From contig CBDCFN010000015.1 of assembly GCA_965216315.1 (NCBI GenBank), positions 320,001 to 384,000 of the forward strand: 64,000 nt of DNA, written 5' to 3'. Of this stretch, positions 63,645 through 64,000 are shown piece by piece (the first letter of the stretch is position 1; the number at the start of each line of letters is the position of its first letter). Under the pieces are notes generated by a model. The model saw only the letters and a program-made list of their open reading frames with translations, was not told where the DNA came from and made no database searches. A program made the translations under genes and the position numbers. Origin of the DNA: a bacterium. Lineage in GTDB: Bacteria; UBA10199; 2-02-FULL-50-16; JAJFLM01.

Positions 63645-64000
63645 ATGTCGGTCAGTGATCGTGCGAAAAAAATGAAGCCCTTTTTGGCCATGGAACTTTT
63701 GGAGAAGGTTCAGGCCGCCCAGGCCGAGGGGCGCGATGTTATTTCCCTCGCACTCGGCGAACCAGACTTTGACGCGCCAGAATGCGTCAAGAAATCTATT
63801 GGTGCTGCAATCGCCGCGAACGAGACCAAATACACTCACAGCCAAGGATTGATGGGGCTTCGCGAGGAAATCTGTCGCCATTATTATGAGCGTTATAAAG
63901 TTGAAATTAGCCCAGAGCGCGTCATAGTGACGTCGGGAACTTCGCCGGCCTTGGTCCTGATTTTTGGGGCCCTGCTTGACGCGGGTGAGGAGTTCATCCT
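63645..64000 (+). CDS. PLP-dependent class I/II aminotransferase, 5' part (runs off window)
   Basis: After SD GAGGAG: MSVSDRAKKMKPFLAMELLEK...VISLALGEPDFD...KYTHSQGLMGLREEI...VIVTSGTS. Confidence 0.9.
   Translation, partial: MSVSDRAKKMKPFLAMELLEKVQAAQAEGRDVISLALGEPDFDAPECVKKSIGAAIAANETKYTHSQGLMGLREEICRHYYERYKVEISPERVIVTSGTSPALVLIFGALLDAGEEFI

Overview
Chromosomal replication-origin region of a GC-rich bacterium with a deltaproteobacterial-type gene order (inferred from parA-parB-bactofilin-atpF'F-HAGDC with no atpB/atpE). The backbone is rpmA(partial)-rplU, rng, pyrE, gyrB-dnaN-oriC-dnaA, rpmH-rnpA-yidD-yidC-mnmE, mnmG-rsmG, parAB with three perfect parS sites, the atp operon and a partial class I/II aminotransferase. 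Accessory DNA interrupts the backbone at three places (13.8-35.2 kb, 37.8-41.8 kb, 49.9-63.6 kb). The strongest signal is a dispersed, apparently co-regulated gene set. (1) Ten copies of a sigma28/FliA-like promoter, CAAC-N15-NCGA(T/A/C)N, precede the orphan accessory genes or operons; I saw none before housekeeping genes. (2) Five copies of a 5'-UTR hairpin with an RUGGG loop abut the Shine-Dalgarno sequence. (3) About 17 proteins share a non-Sec, Ser/Thr/Ala-rich N-terminal leader (core LAS/LAA) fused to varied cargo, including a seven-gene ATGA-coupled array. The set includes a divergent 3,854-aa type I fatty acid synthase with no recognisable internal ACP motif, a stand-alone ACP and a membrane-anchored tandem-AcpS phosphopantetheinyl transferase, each with such a leader. 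My inference is an exported effector regulon that includes a complete lipid-synthesis module; no secretion machinery or sigma factor is in this window. Other observations: a probable sigma54-driven sRNA, a recoded duplicate of the mnmE 3' end, a 144-bp element with 17-bp perfect inverted repeats, and an inverted parS+promoter duplication.
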